Source of the DNA: Longimicrobiales bacterium
GTDB taxonomy: Bacteria; Gemmatimonadota; Gemmatimonadetes; Longimicrobiales; Gaopeijiaceae
Direction: 5' to 3'
Assembly: GCA_965248195.1 (NCBI GenBank)
Contig: CBDFIQ010000002.1
Span: 2,400,001-2,464,000, forward strand
DNA length: 64,000 nt
The stretch's first letter is position 1. Every line of letters starts with the position of its first letter. The notes below the pieces were generated by a model. That model was not told the origin of the DNA. It made no database searches and worked only from the letters and a program-made list of their open reading frames with translations. Positions 12,401 to 21,946 of this stretch are shown here, piece by piece. Position numbers and translations under genes: made by a program.

Positions 12401-12502
12401 TGGCTGAAGGCGAACCGTGTCCGGGAGCGCCGTGGCTGCTTGCCCATGAGCTGCCCGGGGAGCGATCATCGTGAGGGCCAGAGTGGCCAGCATCAGAGCC
12501 AT
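6452..12502 (-). CDS. sprA: Very large outer-membrane protein, SprA/Sov (type IX secretion translocon)-like, 2016 aa
   Basis: Signal peptide; GTIADRITLDVDFD...NNLNIFYQGDDDAVLKTVELGDV; DYTIDYTIGQV; DTEDLDGDGNLD; GEVWINEMRL; beta-strand-rich C-terminal third. Motifs recalled from SprA-family proteins, not searched. Confidence 0.75.
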   Translation of the reverse strand: MALMLATLALTMIAPRAAHGQAATALPDTVRLQPTELELPAFLSPFPGQQGQRRYTVGRIGLKPIPLLVPIDFDAPTIVTDGPTPNLSRWVVARGPTLIRRRMALRRRTLFEPSAPAPPLPAGVPTDTGLASEFADLVFEIVGQGELGGDWTRFRPCDTRVQFSCEPGLLPRLSPDIQFAVRAAGTIADRITLDVDFDQAREFSAANNLNIFYQGDDDAVLKTVELGDVTFALPRSRFLTEGVPAGNFGFLATGQAGPLDFRSVWAQQTGDVSSREFRLSGGPGQENFVQVDTLVLDDADYVRGQFFFLVDPAEIDRSPHIDVLALDPSLAPLDVVPGVDPVQLYRFETDPVTRQQVDGLIQADGFASRDGITVEESGWFRFLQPGVDYSIHSSGLWVALRRPLGRDEMLAVTYVSATGDTIGTYNPERVYNAGRRPSLKLLQASRANHRPGLPTWDQEMHQVYRVSSSTDVDPSSVGLSISLGELSAGRTFTRDLAGRDVTFLRLFGLDEEAPVDALDPAGLHRWADEFLLEQPVVPGVFIFFPTLRPFQAPPPVPVLGLTAGETAQILGLDGNPTIYEAEDPFLRESGGLYRLTIPFELRSRGVISSFSLGALGIRGESERVFLGDRLLARDIDYTIDYTIGQVTLTQPEALFATASEPVVRASWEQKSIFQVTPTSVFGFNGGIRAGPFGGFNILALRQSEQALVNRPQLGTEAAAITLSGLSMDFDFPASGLDRLLEKIPGLRVGRPSRVGLEGEVALSLPNPNIRADVFLDDFDASNERALSLDTPDWVLGSAPAFRDGAEAVLPLPVNESGAARLVWQHTWVVRGPEQDSSGVFVGFIPEVDVDHQINVVGSQPRESGMVMTFTPSPSSTTEPSWRSITTSLSATGMDLSKTESLEFYAAEGDSLSLVIDLGVVGEDAMFIDDQGRTAGVKEGGAPWGLGRLDHEADPRLGEVWSDDADQRGVWGEACQAKPGGVYDLGDRRANCTRGNGVQDTEDLDGDGNLDGLERYLRFVVRLDGSSPFLVRNQAETGTEFQLYRIPIRGGAVTEVPGPFSEADFRAVKHMRLTVAGRLRQSVTLFRMRLVGAHWVKRAESGVLDGIVGDTVSMLGRAEVGPVSGVTEGDTYQAPPGVIEELDDPSAAFGGLGREFNEKGLKLEYEGVQPGSRAEVFNRFPQRPRDFLPYRELKLWALARRGDWGATVPLSFFVKVGEDAENFYLYRTPLQPVPNPEQITPEGWLPEIVIDFEEWIDLRRKAEESLMFDPRGPGDPPLELWARDSTYAIVLKDRARAPNLAAVRELSMGVWNEGGFPTGGEVWINEMRLSSPFRDAGMASHLALDVDASDVWTTHLAVSGRGALFRQLTENPTFQGDRIVTVGSTFNLDRMAPTDWGVEIPVTVTHVRSDQDPQFLAGSDVRADNVRNLREPGSRRTRVDVAFRKRTPAANPVIGLLLDGLEVRAGYFTASSTTITSDGSAAGVDGHVGYGRAVGRRDFGIVPGFLKPVLRWLLPRAWEDAVVDSRFRWSPERLSFGGSYARSRQRALRFDQILEQVADSLVKPTRSPRESLDGAFEIDFRPFETFSAQADLVSVRDLLDAEKTVVDPAVQDLLSDERLKLLDVDLGWETDRIVRTRMSYEPRFGDWIRTTLGWQTFYSSHRTGTFVDRSPDPVGDTVLALVRNVNGRRDFTGQITLVPSEILGPPGEGSSGGSALARGVGAMVDAIDPITVTYQAGVTSIFDRDPVDPQFSYRFGFAGRDEYAALGADTATTFTDRVGWNIRSSVRLPAEFRVGVNYRLTTANTLDTRIDRRLRRETWPDLNVSLANLPLPNQGLIGRVSLSAGFQRIRQETAFGGFSLQERFQLDERIPVEIALVWAGGISTSYRGSFVSGEGGDPTGETERTRENHTVSLTASMRPPPALAARLTRPITTTALLQYASDRNCRTTAIRADCVPFLDELIRSLIFRVETAVSRMDVRLQLSYTDRRSFVGLQSGSSQFQFGLFGRFVIADDALLR

Positions 12503-12556
12503 GAATCGGCCACTTCGCTGGGATCGGATCCTGCGGTACGGTGTAGGGGGGTCGAC

Positions 12557-14005
12557 ATGAGAATCATCACCAAATACTTAATCCGCGCACACGCCGGACC
12601 GTTTCTTTTTGCATTCTCAGCTCTCACCGCGCTCCTTTTTCTGAACGCGGTCGCCCAACGGATGGACGACATCGTCGGAAAGGGACTCGCCTGGAGTGTG
12701 ATCGGGGAGTTCATGCTCCTGTCTCTCCCTCACACGATCGCCCTCACGCTCCCAATGGCCATCCTGGTATCTGTACTGTACACGTTCAGCGAGCTCACCG
12801 CCGCCAACGAAATCACCGCCATGGCGGCGGGCGGTATCAGACCGCTTCGGATTCTTCTCCCACTCCTAGGGGTCGGTACAATCCTCGCATGCGTGATGCT
12901 GTTTTTCAACGACCAAGTGCTCCCGGAGGCCAACCATAGACTCAAGAATCTGATCATCGACATCTCCCAGAAGAGTCCCACCTTCGAGCTGCGCGAGCGG
13001 GTCATCAATCAGATCGAGACCGAGGATCGAGGCGGCGCAGTGTACCTTCAAGCAGCGGGTATCCACCGCGCCACGAACGAGATGACGGAGGTTGTCATTT
13101 ACGATCTGAGCGACCCGCGCGCTCACCGAACGACCTATGCAGCGCATGGAACGATGGCGTTCAGCGAGAGTCGCACCGACCTGTACCTCACACTCTACGA
13201 TGGCTACGTCCTCGAAGCCGGCCAAACCCGCTCCGGTGAATTCAACCGGTCGGAATTCGAGGTCCAAATCGTTCCTCTGCGGGGGGTCGGAGACGAACTC
13301 GAGCGCAGAGAGGGGGGCAGCGTACGAAGCGACCGCGAGATGTCCATCGCGTTGTTGAGGACTGAGATCGACCGCCGGGCCGAGGATCTCGACCGGGTTC
13401 GTCAACAAAGTCTCGAACAAGCCCAAAAGGCGATCACGGACGCGCTTGGGTATCCCCCGCCGGAGCTGCCCAGGAGCGACGAGGCGGAATCGGCTTCCCG
13501 AGGTGGAGGGGGCTCCGAAATCACGCGGAGCCTCGGCCGACGGTTCTTCAGCACCACCGATGATCTCACTCAGCAAACGGCGTTGGCCGGCCGCCAGAAC
13601 TTCGGCCGCCTCTCGGCGCTTCAGTCGGCATCGGATCAGTTCCGTGTGGAGATCCATAAGAAATACGCTATCGCATTCGCGTGTATCGTGTTCGTCCTGA
13701 TGGGCGCCCCATTGGGCATCCGATTCCCACGGGGCGGGATCGGTATGGTCATCGTCGCTTCGGTCGCCATCTTCGCCGTGTACTGGGCCGGCCTGATTGG
13801 CGGAGAGAACCTGGCCAATGAGGGCATGGTGACCCCGTTTTGGGCCATGTGGACGGCCGACCTCGTCTTCCTCGGTCTCGGCATCGCGCTGGCCGCACGC
13901 ATGAGCCGAACCGCGAGCACCAATCGCGGGGGCGGCCTCAGCGAGGTGCTGTTCAACCTCTCGAGTTGGGGGCGCAGGATGGCGACCCTTTATCGCAAGG
14001 CATGA
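12557..14005 (+). CDS. lptF: LPS export ABC permease, LptF/LptG family
   Basis: MRIITKYLIR...LTLPMAILVSVL...NEITAMAAGG...EIHKKYAIAFAC; YjgP/Q family; ATGA overlap with the next gene. Confidence 0.88.
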   Translation: MRIITKYLIRAHAGPFLFAFSALTALLFLNAVAQRMDDIVGKGLAWSVIGEFMLLSLPHTIALTLPMAILVSVLYTFSELTAANEITAMAAGGIRPLRILLPLLGVGTILACVMLFFNDQVLPEANHRLKNLIIDISQKSPTFELRERVINQIETEDRGGAVYLQAAGIHRATNEMTEVVIYDLSDPRAHRTTYAAHGTMAFSESRTDLYLTLYDGYVLEAGQTRSGEFNRSEFEVQIVPLRGVGDELERREGGSVRSDREMSIALLRTEIDRRAEDLDRVRQQSLEQAQKAITDALGYPPPELPRSDEAESASRGGGGSEITRSLGRRFFSTTDDLTQQTALAGRQNFGRLSALQSASDQFRVEIHKKYAIAFACIVFVLMGAPLGIRFPRGGIGMVIVASVAIFAVYWAGLIGGENLANEGMVTPFWAMWTADLVFLGLGIALAARMSRTASTNRGGGLSEVLFNLSSWGRRMATLYRKA

Positions 14006-15075
14006 TCAGGATTCTGGATATGCTGATCGCGCGGACGTTCCTGCGCATCTTCGTACTATTCGTCCTCGGCGCCCCCCTCTTGTTCATTGTCGGTGACATC
14101 GTTGAACAGGTGGACCGGTACTTCGACCGGGGACTTACGGTGGGCGAGGTCGCCACCGCCTACGTTTTCATGCTCCCAGAGTTCATCTCCTGGTCCTTCC
14201 CGATCGCAGCGCTGATCGCGGCAGTGTTCACCATCCACTCCATGACCCAGCATCGAGAGGTCCTTGCTGCCAAGGCCGGGGGGATTTCATTTCACCGCTT
14301 GATGGCGCCGCTCGTAGTGGTAGGACTGGTCCTGACCGGGGCCGGACTCATCCTCAGCGAGTTGGTGCCGGTGGCCAAGCGACGCTCCGGACAGATTCTC
14401 CGCAGCGAAGAGGTCGGACGCCAATGGCGCGCCGATTTCGTGTTCAAGACCGACGACGACCGGACGCTGACGGTGAGAAGACTCAACCTCTTCCCACCGT
14501 CGATGACCCAGGTGGTCCTGGAGGTTCCTGCCGGCTCGAATGGGGAGGCGGCACAGCATCTCCAGGCGAGTCGAGCGCCCTTCGACAACGTACGGGGATG
14601 GAAGTTCGAAAACGGGTATCTTCGCATCCTTCCCGACCGGGCGGCTCCTCTGACGTTTTACTTCGACTCGCTCAGGTCGATTAGCTTCGGCGAGCCTCCA
14701 AGGGGTCTCCTCGCGCGGCCCGACGACGAAGACGAGATGACCGACTCCGAAATCGACCGCATGGTGGCCAACATCACGCGCTCGGGCGGCGACGCGAGCA
14801 CGCTGTTGGTCGAGAAGGGGCAACGGAAGGCCATCGCGGTAGCGACGTTGGTGATCATTCTGTTCGGTGCGCCGCTCGCCACGAGCTCACGGCCGGGGGG
14901 AGCCGCCTACGGAATCGGGGTCGCGCTGGGGTCCACGATCCTCTACCTGCTCCTGTTCCGGTTGGCGGGAGCCGCAGGCCAGTCCGGAGCCCTCTCACCG
15001 GTACTGTCCGCCTGGCTTCCCAACGTGCTGTTCCTGGCGTGCGGACTCATCCTCCTAAAGCGGGTGAGGACTTGA
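14002..15075 (+). CDS. lptG: LPS export ABC permease, LptF/LptG family
   Basis: MIRILDMLIAR...HREVLAAKAGGIS...AWLPNVLF; second gene of the YjgP/Q pair. Confidence 0.88.
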   Translation: MIRILDMLIARTFLRIFVLFVLGAPLLFIVGDIVEQVDRYFDRGLTVGEVATAYVFMLPEFISWSFPIAALIAAVFTIHSMTQHREVLAAKAGGISFHRLMAPLVVVGLVLTGAGLILSELVPVAKRRSGQILRSEEVGRQWRADFVFKTDDDRTLTVRRLNLFPPSMTQVVLEVPAGSNGEAAQHLQASRAPFDNVRGWKFENGYLRILPDRAAPLTFYFDSLRSISFGEPPRGLLARPDDEDEMTDSEIDRMVANITRSGGDASTLLVEKGQRKAIAVATLVIILFGAPLATSSRPGGAAYGIGVALGSTILYLLLFRLAGAAGQSGALSPVLSAWLPNVLFLACGLILLKRVRT

Positions 15076-15095
15076 GCTCTCGCCCCGCTTCTTCA

Positions 15096-16001
15096 TCAGC
15101 TTCCACGAAGCGCTGCTAGAAACTCCAGAAACCCTCCGGTCAGGCTCCCTCCGGACACCTCCTGCACGGGTCCGGTGAGGGTGATTTCCATCGCCGTCGT
15201 GACGGTGACCTCCATGCTGCCACCCTCCATGCGAACCTCGAACTGGCCGGGTGTGGCCCTTCCCGACTTCACCGCGGCGGCCGCGACCGCGCAGGCCGAC
15301 GTTCCCGAGGCGGAGGTCGGTCCCACCCCTCTCTCCCAAATTCGCGCCTCCAGGGTTTGGCCGTCGAGTACGCGGGCGACCTGGACGTTGGTACCGTCAG
15401 CGAAGGCAGGGTGCACGGAAATTTCTGGCCCGATTTCGTTTATGAGCTCGGGCTCCCACTCCTCGGGAAAGACGACCGCATGGGGATTTCCGATCGACAC
15501 GGGATGGACGATCGGGCTTCCGGCCCCACCGAGATCGAGTCTATGGTCCGCGTCCAAGGCTCCAGGGTCGAGTCCCACGGCTTGGTGTCCATGGCCGGCC
15601 CGTCCCATCTCCGCTGAAACCTCGTACAGGCCTCGTTCCGGGGGACCAAACACATGCAGACGAACCGTATCCCCTCCCACCGACACGTCGAAAGGTTCGT
15701 CGCCCACCAGCCCCTCGCGGGCCAAATAGGCCGCTAGAATCCGGAGGCCGTTGCCGCTCCTCTCGAACTCAGAGCCGTCCGGATTGAACATACGGAGGGG
15801 AAACGGCCGGCTGTCCCGATCGAGAAGGAGCACGATTCCGTCGCTCCCGGGGCCCCTCCAGCGGTCACAGACCGCGATGATCCCCCCGGCGTCGAGCACC
15901 CATTCGTCACCGGCCTCGAATACTAGGTAGTCGTTTCCGAGGCCATGCGCCTTGAAGAACGACGAGCCAGCGCCTGCTGTGTCCCGATCTGGAAGAGTCA
16001 C
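15096..16001 (-). CDS. dapF: Diaminopimelate epimerase-like protein with both catalytic Cys replaced by Ser
   Basis: FFKAHGLGNDYL, GSDG, FNPDGSEFERSGNGLR, SIGNPHAV, GTNVQ, WERGVGPTSASGTSACA. Confidence 0.85.
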   Translation of the reverse strand: MTLPDRDTAGAGSSFFKAHGLGNDYLVFEAGDEWVLDAGGIIAVCDRWRGPGSDGIVLLLDRDSRPFPLRMFNPDGSEFERSGNGLRILAAYLAREGLVGDEPFDVSVGGDTVRLHVFGPPERGLYEVSAEMGRAGHGHQAVGLDPGALDADHRLDLGGAGSPIVHPVSIGNPHAVVFPEEWEPELINEIGPEISVHPAFADGTNVQVARVLDGQTLEARIWERGVGPTSASGTSACAVAAAAVKSGRATPGQFEVRMEGGSMEVTVTTAMEITLTGPVQEVSGGSLTGGFLEFLAALRGS

Positions 16002-16065
16002 TACCCGCTACCCATCGTCCGTGTCCGTGGTCGTTTTTCCGGCTCGTGGGAGGCCACGTCCGCCA

Positions 16066-16091
16066 CCCACTGTACCCATTCAACAGCCTTC
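16066..16091. repeat. Solo degenerate copy of the MITE terminal repeat in the dapF-metH intergenic region
   Basis: cccactgtacccattcaacagccttc is 23/26 identical to the reverse complement of 744-769 and is followed by aagg, as at 1134. Confidence 0.6.
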
Positions 16092-16322
16092 AAGGCGTAC
16101 CGCGTGGAGGACGGGCGCGCAACCGCGGAGCCAGCGAGCCCTAGGAATCGCTCCACCGAGGCACTACCTTTTGGGGAGACGTTGGAAGGGGTGATTTGAG
16201 GCGTATTGCGGCCCGACACAAACCGCTAAAAAGCCAGACCTCGACGCGGAACGATCGCGACGGGGTTTTGAAATTCGGACCTCCCCTCCCCGCATGACTC
16301 CGAGAGGCGAGATACGAGATCC

Positions 16323-19300
16323 ATGGGCAGGTCCACTCCCACCGGCGGCCGCACCGCGGCGCTCCAAGCAGCTTTAGCGAGGCGGATCCTCGTTCTGGAC
16401 GGTGCCATGGGCACCATGATCCAGAGCTATGAGCTGGCCGAGGAAGATTTTCGGGGTGACGTCTACCGCGATCAGCCGGACGCCCTCTTCGGGGCCAATG
16501 ACCTGCTGTCCCTCACCCGGCCGGACACGATTGAGGAGATCCACCGGGCCTATCTCGAAGCCGGCTCGGACATCATCGAGACCAATACGTTCAACGCGCA
16601 GGCGATCTCGCTCTCCGACTACGGGCTCGAGGGGGAAGCGTATCGGCTCAACGTGGCCGCCGCAGAATTGGCTCGGCGCGCCGCCGATGAGATGACGACC
16701 CGAACGCCCGACAAGCCCCGTTTCGTGTGCGGCAGCATCGGCCCCACCAACCGTACGGCGTCGATTTCTCCGGACGTCGAGAACCCAGCGCTCCGGAACG
16801 TCACCTTCGACGAGCTGGTGGAGGCATACACGGATCAGGCGCGTGGGCTCATTGACGGGGGAGCCGACATCCTGCTGGTCGAGACGATCTTCGACACGCT
16901 GAACGCGAAGGCCGCCGTCTTCGCTATCCTGGGGCTCTACCAGGAGAGGGGGGCGTCCCTTCCGTTGATGATCTCGGGAACGATCACGGACGCCAGCGGC
17001 CGCACACTGAGTGGGCAGACGACCGAGGCCTTTTACAACTCCATCCGGCACGCCCAGCCGTTCTCCGTGGGGCTGAACTGCGCACTCGGGGCGGAACAAC
17101 TTAGACCGTACCTGGAAGATCTCTCGCAGATGGCGGACGTGCCCGTGAGTTGTCACCCGAACGCCGGACTTCCGAACGCCTTCGGGGAATACGACGAAAC
17201 ACCGGACGTCACCTCGAAAATCATCCGGGAGTTCGCGGAGGCCGGATTCGTCAACATCGTAGGTGGCTGTTGCGGTACCGTGCCTGCCCACATCGAGGCG
17301 ATTACGGACGCGGTCGCAGACCTTCCACCGCGAGCCCTTCCCAAACTCGAGCGCCGGTTCCGGGTGAGCGGCCTCGAGGCTCTCACGATCGGCCCGGACT
17401 CCCTCTTCGCGGACATCGGAGAGCGCACCAACGTCACAGGCTCGACGCGTTTCCGGGATCTCATCACCGACGACGCCTACGAGCCCGCGGTCGAGGTTGC
17501 CCGCCAACAGGTGGCGAGCGGTGCACAAATGCTCGACATCAACATGGACGAGGGCCTGCTCGATTCGGTCGAGGCCATGACCACCTTCCTGAATCTACTC
17601 GGCTCGGAGCCATCCGTGAGCCGAATTCCCTTCGTGCTCGACTCGTCGCGTTGGGAGGTTATCGAGGCCGGGCTCAAATGCGTGCAGGGCAAGAGCGTCG
17701 TGAATTCGATCAGCCTCAAGGACGGCGAGGCGGAATTCATCGAGAAGGCTCGACTGGCGAGGCGTTACGGAGCCGCGGTAATCGTCATGGCGTTCGACGA
17801 GGAAGGCCAAGCAGACACCGTGGAACGTAAGGTCGCGATATGTGAGCGCGCGGCCCAAGTGCTCCGAGAGAGGGTGGGCTTCCCGCTCGAGGACGTGATC
17901 TTCGACCCTAACATCTTCGCCGTGGGAACCGGCATCGAAGAGCACAACGCGTATGCCATTGCGTTCATCGAAGCCACCCGGCAGATCAAGCAGCGCATTC
18001 CGCACGTGCACGTGAGCGGGGGGCTGAGCAACGTTTCGTTCGCGTTTCGTGGGAGCCCGCGTGTGCGCGAGGCGATGCACTCGGCGTTCCTCTACCACGC
18101 CATCCAGGCGGGCTTGGACATGGCCATCGTGAACGCCGGCGCCCTCCCGGTCTACGACGACGTGCCGGCCGAGCTACTCGAAGCGGTCGAGGACGTGCTC
18201 TTCGACAGGCGCCCCGACGCGACCGAGCGCCTTACGGTGCTAGCCGAGCAGTACGCCGGCGCGACGCGGGAGCAGGTGGTGATCAACCAGGAATGGCGAT
18301 CCGAGCCGGTGGAAGATCGTCTCCGATACTCGCTCGTCCAGGGAATCACAGAGCACATCGAGGACGACACCGAGGAGGCAAGGAGCCAACTGGCTCGGGC
18401 GCTCGAGGTAATCGAGGGGCCCCTCATGGACGGCATGAACGAAGTCGGAGATCTGTTCGGAGCCGGAAAGATGTTCTTACCTCAGGTCGTGAAGAGCGCC
18501 CGGGTCATGAAGAAGGCCGTGGCCTATCTGGAGCCGTTTCTGGAGGCCGAAAAGGCCGACGACGGGCAGGGCAAGAAGTCCGCCAGCCTGATACTCATGG
18601 CCACTGTGAAGGGCGACGTGCATGACATTGGGAAGAACATCGTGTCGGTGGTGCTCCAGTGTAACGGCTACGAGGTCGTGGACCTCGGCGTCATGGTCCC
18701 GGCCGAGACGATCCTTGAGGAAGCCCGGGATAGGCAGGCCGACGTAATCGGCTTGAGCGGGCTCATCACGCCGTCTCTCGACCAGATGGTCCACGTGGCG
18801 GCCGAGATGGAGCGCCTCGACTTCGACCTGCCCCTCCTGATCGGTGGTGCGACGACGTCTCGCAGACACACGGCCGTCCGAATCGACGGGAAGTACAATG
18901 GCCCCACGGTTCACGTCGTGGACGCGTCGCGGTGCGTCCCGGTCCTACGAGCCATTCTGGATGACGGGAAGCGCGAGGCGTTCATCGCGCAGATCAGTGA
19001 GGAATACGCCCGGGAGCGAGAGGCGCACGCCGCCCGAGCGGCAAAATCCAGGCTCATTTCCATCGAGGCGGCTCGGAAGAACAGGGTGCCCTTGGACTGG
19101 GACGCATACGAGCCCGTGGCTCCGCGCGAGCCTGGCGTGCATGTCTTCGACGACTATCCGCTCGCTGAGCTCGTCGACTACATCGACTGGACCCCCTTCT
19201 TCCAGGCATGGGAACTCAAGGGCCGGTATCCGGAGATCTTCGATGACCCGAGCGTGGGGGAGCAGGCACGCACCCTGGACGCCGACGCCAGGGCGATGCT

Positions 19301-20042
19301 CGATCGAGTGGTTTCCGAGGGCCTGTTGAGCGCGCGCGGCGTGGTCGGCCTCTTTCCCGCGCACAGCGTGGGGGACGACATCGAGGTACTCGGCAAGGAT
19401 GGTGATGGGTGCATAGTTCACGGTCTTCGCCAGCAATTCGAAAAGAAGGACGGGCGGCCCAACGCTTGTTTGTCGGACTTCGTGGCGCCGGAGGAATCGG
19501 GGCTCAACGATCACCTTGGCGCGTTCGTGGTCACCGCCGGGCTCGGTCTGGACGAGCTGTGCGCCTCGCTCGAAGAGGAACACGATGACTACGGAAGCAT
19601 CATGGCCAAGGCATTGGCCGACCGGCTGGCGGAAGCGTTCGCGGAGCGGCTGCACGAGCGCGTCCGGCGGGATCTTTGGGGACACGAGGCGGGCGACGGC
19701 GGCTCCAACGCCGACCTGATCTCTGAGCGCTATTCCGGGATCCGGCCAGCGCCGGGATATCCGGCCTGCCCGGACCATACGGAGAAAGGGACCTTGTTCA
19801 CACTACTGGACGCGGAGCGCCGCACGGGTGTCAGCCTCACGGAGAGCTACGCCATGCTGCCGGGAGCCTCGGTGTCCGGCTGGTATTTCGCACACCCGGG
19901 GGCCCACTACTTCGGCGTGGGCCGGATCGGCAAGGACCAGGTGACCGATTACGCGCAGAGGAAGGAAATGTCGATGGCAGAAGCCGAGCGCTGGCTCCAG
20001 CCCAACCTGGGTTACGAGCCGGAGGACGGGTCCCGTGAGTAG
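16323..20042 (+). CDS. metH: Cobalamin-dependent methionine synthase
   Basis: [10 protein letters not shown]; zinc ligands GLNCALG and [16 protein letters not shown]12 motif [22 protein letters not shown]; 1239 aa. Confidence 0.98.
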   Translation: MGRSTPTGGRTAALQAALARRILVLDGAMGTMIQSYELAEEDFRGDVYRDQPDALFGANDLLSLTRPDTIEEIHRAYLEAGSDIIETNTFNAQAISLSDYGLEGEAYRLNVAAAELARRAADEMTTRTPDKPRFVCGSIGPTNRTASISPDVENPALRNVTFDELVEAYTDQARGLIDGGADILLVETIFDTLNAKAAVFAILGLYQERGASLPLMISGTITDASGRTLSGQTTEAFYNSIRHAQPFSVGLNCALGAEQLRPYLEDLSQMADVPVSCHPNAGLPNAFGEYDETPDVTSKIIREFAEAGFVNIVGGCCGTVPAHIEAITDAVADLPPRALPKLERRFRVSGLEALTIGPDSLFADIGERTNVTGSTRFRDLITDDAYEPAVEVARQQVASGAQMLDINMDEGLLDSVEAMTTFLNLLGSEPSVSRIPFVLDSSRWEVIEAGLKCVQGKSVVNSISLKDGEAEFIEKARLARRYGAAVIVMAFDEEGQADTVERKVAICERAAQVLRERVGFPLEDVIFDPNIFAVGTGIEEHNAYAIAFIEATRQIKQRIPHVHVSGGLSNVSFAFRGSPRVREAMHSAFLYHAIQAGLDMAIVNAGALPVYDDVPAELLEAVEDVLFDRRPDATERLTVLAEQYAGATREQVVINQEWRSEPVEDRLRYSLVQGITEHIEDDTEEARSQLARALEVIEGPLMDGMNEVGDLFGAGKMFLPQVVKSARVMKKAVAYLEPFLEAEKADDGQGKKSASLILMATVKGDVHDIGKNIVSVVLQCNGYEVVDLGVMVPAETILEEARDRQADVIGLSGLITPSLDQMVHVAAEMERLDFDLPLLIGGATTSRRHTAVRIDGKYNGPTVHVVDASRCVPVLRAILDDGKREAFIAQISEEYAREREAHAARAAKSRLISIEAARKNRVPLDWDAYEPVAPREPGVHVFDDYPLAELVDYIDWTPFFQAWELKGRYPEIFDDPSVGEQARTLDADARAMLDRVVSEGLLSARGVVGLFPAHSVGDDIEVLGKDGDGCIVHGLRQQFEKKDGRPNACLSDFVAPEESGLNDHLGAFVVTAGLGLDELCASLEEEHDDYGSIMAKALADRLAEAFAERLHERVRRDLWGHEAGDGGSNADLISERYSGIRPAPGYPACPDHTEKGTLFTLLDAERRTGVSLTESYAMLPGASVSGWYFAHPGAHYFGVGRIGKDQVTDYAQRKEMSMAEAERWLQPNLGYEPEDGSRE

Positions 20043-21909
20043 ACGAGAGGCGACAGATTCGGCCTTGAGGCGACTCATCGACGACGGGCGCGTCCACGTG
20101 ATGGATGGGGCGATGGGAACGGAGCTCTACGCCTGCGGCGTCTTCGTGAACGTCTCGTACGACGGGCTCAACCTCGAAACGCCCGACGTGGTGGAGAACG
20201 TGCACCGGAACTATGTGAACGCCGGCGCCGAAGTCATCGAGACCAACACCTTCGGCGCCAATCCGGTCAAACTCTCGAGCTATGGCCTGGCCGACCGAAC
20301 GGAGGAAATCAACCACGCGGCCGTGGAACTGGCACGCAGGGCGGCCCAGAGTAGAGCCTTGGTGGTTGGGGCTATTGGGCCGTTGGGCATCCGCATCGAG
20401 CCGCTCGGACCGACGTCCCGTGAAGAGGCACAGGAGTTCTATCACCGGCAGGTGGATGGGCTCGTGGAGGGCGGCGTGGACGGCTTCGTGCTGGAAACCT
20501 TCAGCGACCTCAACGAACTGGAGCAAGCCTTCAAGGCCGTCCGGAGCCGATCGCCCCTCCCCGTCATGTGCCAGGTCACGGTGGGAGAGGACTGCTGCAC
20601 GTCGTACGGTACGTCTCCGGAGGACGTCGCCACCGAAGTCGCGTCGTGGGGCACAGACGTGATCGGAATCAATTGCTCCGTCGGGCCAGCCGTCATGCTG
20701 GATGCGGTGGAGCGGATGGCGGAAGTTACCGATCTACCTCTTTCGGCCCAGCCCAACGCCGGACTCCCTCGAGCGGTAGGCGATCGCAAGATCTACCTCG
20801 CCACCCCGGAGTACATGGCACAGTACGCCCGTCGAATGATCGAGGCGGGAGCCCGCTTCGTTGGGGGATGCTGCGGCACGAGCCCGGAACACATCCGAAG
20901 CATCCGAGCGCTGGTGGGCGGCCAGCGACCGCCGTCCACACGAGTCCGCCCGGGCTCACACGCCGAGCCACACGACACGCCCATTCAGCCGGACGTGCCG
21001 CTCGGCGAGCGCTCCGCGTGGGGACGCAAGATCGCCGATGGCAGCTTCGTCACGAGTATCGAGATCACGCCGCCCAAGGGTTGGCGCGCCGAGGAGCTCT
21101 TGCGGCAGTGTCGCCGTATCCAGGCCGCCCAAGCCGATACGGTGAACGTCCTGGATCATCCGCACGCCCACGCTCGGATGAGCGCGCTGCCCGCCGCCAT
21201 GCTGATCGAGAGGGAGGTGGGCGTCGAGACCATCGTTCACTATCCCTGCCGTGACCGAAACATGACACGCATGATCAGCGACCTGCTAGGAGCCGCCGCT
21301 GCCGGACTACACAATCTTCTCTTGGTCACAGGGCGGCCGCCCACGATGGGTCCCTACACCGACTCGACGGCCTCACTAGACATCGACTCGATCGGACTCA
21401 CCAACGTGGTCCACGGCCTGAATCGAGGCGTCGACCCCGGGGGCAACGCGATCGGCGTACCCACGCGCTTCGTCATCGGGGCGAGGGTGAACCAGGTCGC
21501 CCTGGACCAAGACCGTGAAGCAGGACGCCTGAAGTGGAAGGTCGACGCCGGCGTCGATTTCGTAATCACGCAGCCGGTGTTCGACGCGGGCCGGCTCCAT
21601 GCCTTCTTGGAGCGCGTGCCCGATGTGTCCGTACCCATCGTCGCGAGTCTACGCCCGCTCACCTCGCTCCGTGAGGCCGAGTTCCTACACAACGAAGTCC
21701 CAGGCGTCCACATCCCCGAGGAGATTATGAGCCGCATGGCCGAAGCGGAATCAAACGGCGAAGAAGCCGCTGAGGCCGAAGGGGTGAAGATCGCCCTCGA
21801 AGTATTCGAGTCCATCCGAGACTCGATCGCCGGCGCTCACGTCCACGGACCGGACGGCAATCTCGACGGAGCACTGGAGATTCTCTCCGGGGTAATCGAC
21901 TCGCGCTGA
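20035..21909 (+). CDS. yitJ: Bifunctional homocysteine S-methyltransferase / methylenetetrahydrofolate reductase (YitJ-like)
   Basis: [15 protein letters not shown] and GGCCG in the N-terminal domain; [15 protein letters not shown] and [16 protein letters not shown] in the C-terminal MTHFR domain. Confidence 0.9.
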   Translation: MSRREATDSALRRLIDDGRVHVMDGAMGTELYACGVFVNVSYDGLNLETPDVVENVHRNYVNAGAEVIETNTFGANPVKLSSYGLADRTEEINHAAVELARRAAQSRALVVGAIGPLGIRIEPLGPTSREEAQEFYHRQVDGLVEGGVDGFVLETFSDLNELEQAFKAVRSRSPLPVMCQVTVGEDCCTSYGTSPEDVATEVASWGTDVIGINCSVGPAVMLDAVERMAEVTDLPLSAQPNAGLPRAVGDRKIYLATPEYMAQYARRMIEAGARFVGGCCGTSPEHIRSIRALVGGQRPPSTRVRPGSHAEPHDTPIQPDVPLGERSAWGRKIADGSFVTSIEITPPKGWRAEELLRQCRRIQAAQADTVNVLDHPHAHARMSALPAAMLIEREVGVETIVHYPCRDRNMTRMISDLLGAAAAGLHNLLLVTGRPPTMGPYTDSTASLDIDSIGLTNVVHGLNRGVDPGGNAIGVPTRFVIGARVNQVALDQDREAGRLKWKVDAGVDFVITQPVFDAGRLHAFLERVPDVSVPIVASLRPLTSLREAEFLHNEVPGVHIPEEIMSRMAEAESNGEEAAEAEGVKIALEVFESIRDSIAGAHVHGPDGNLDGALEILSGVIDSR

Positions 21910-21946
21910 CTGCGGTCGGCCCCGCCACTCCGACGCCCCCCCCGCA

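Noticed and set aside
16002..16322. SAM or cobalamin riboswitch upstream of metH
   Set aside because: No SAM-I core or B12-box elements recognisable by eye; an Rfam scan would be decisive.
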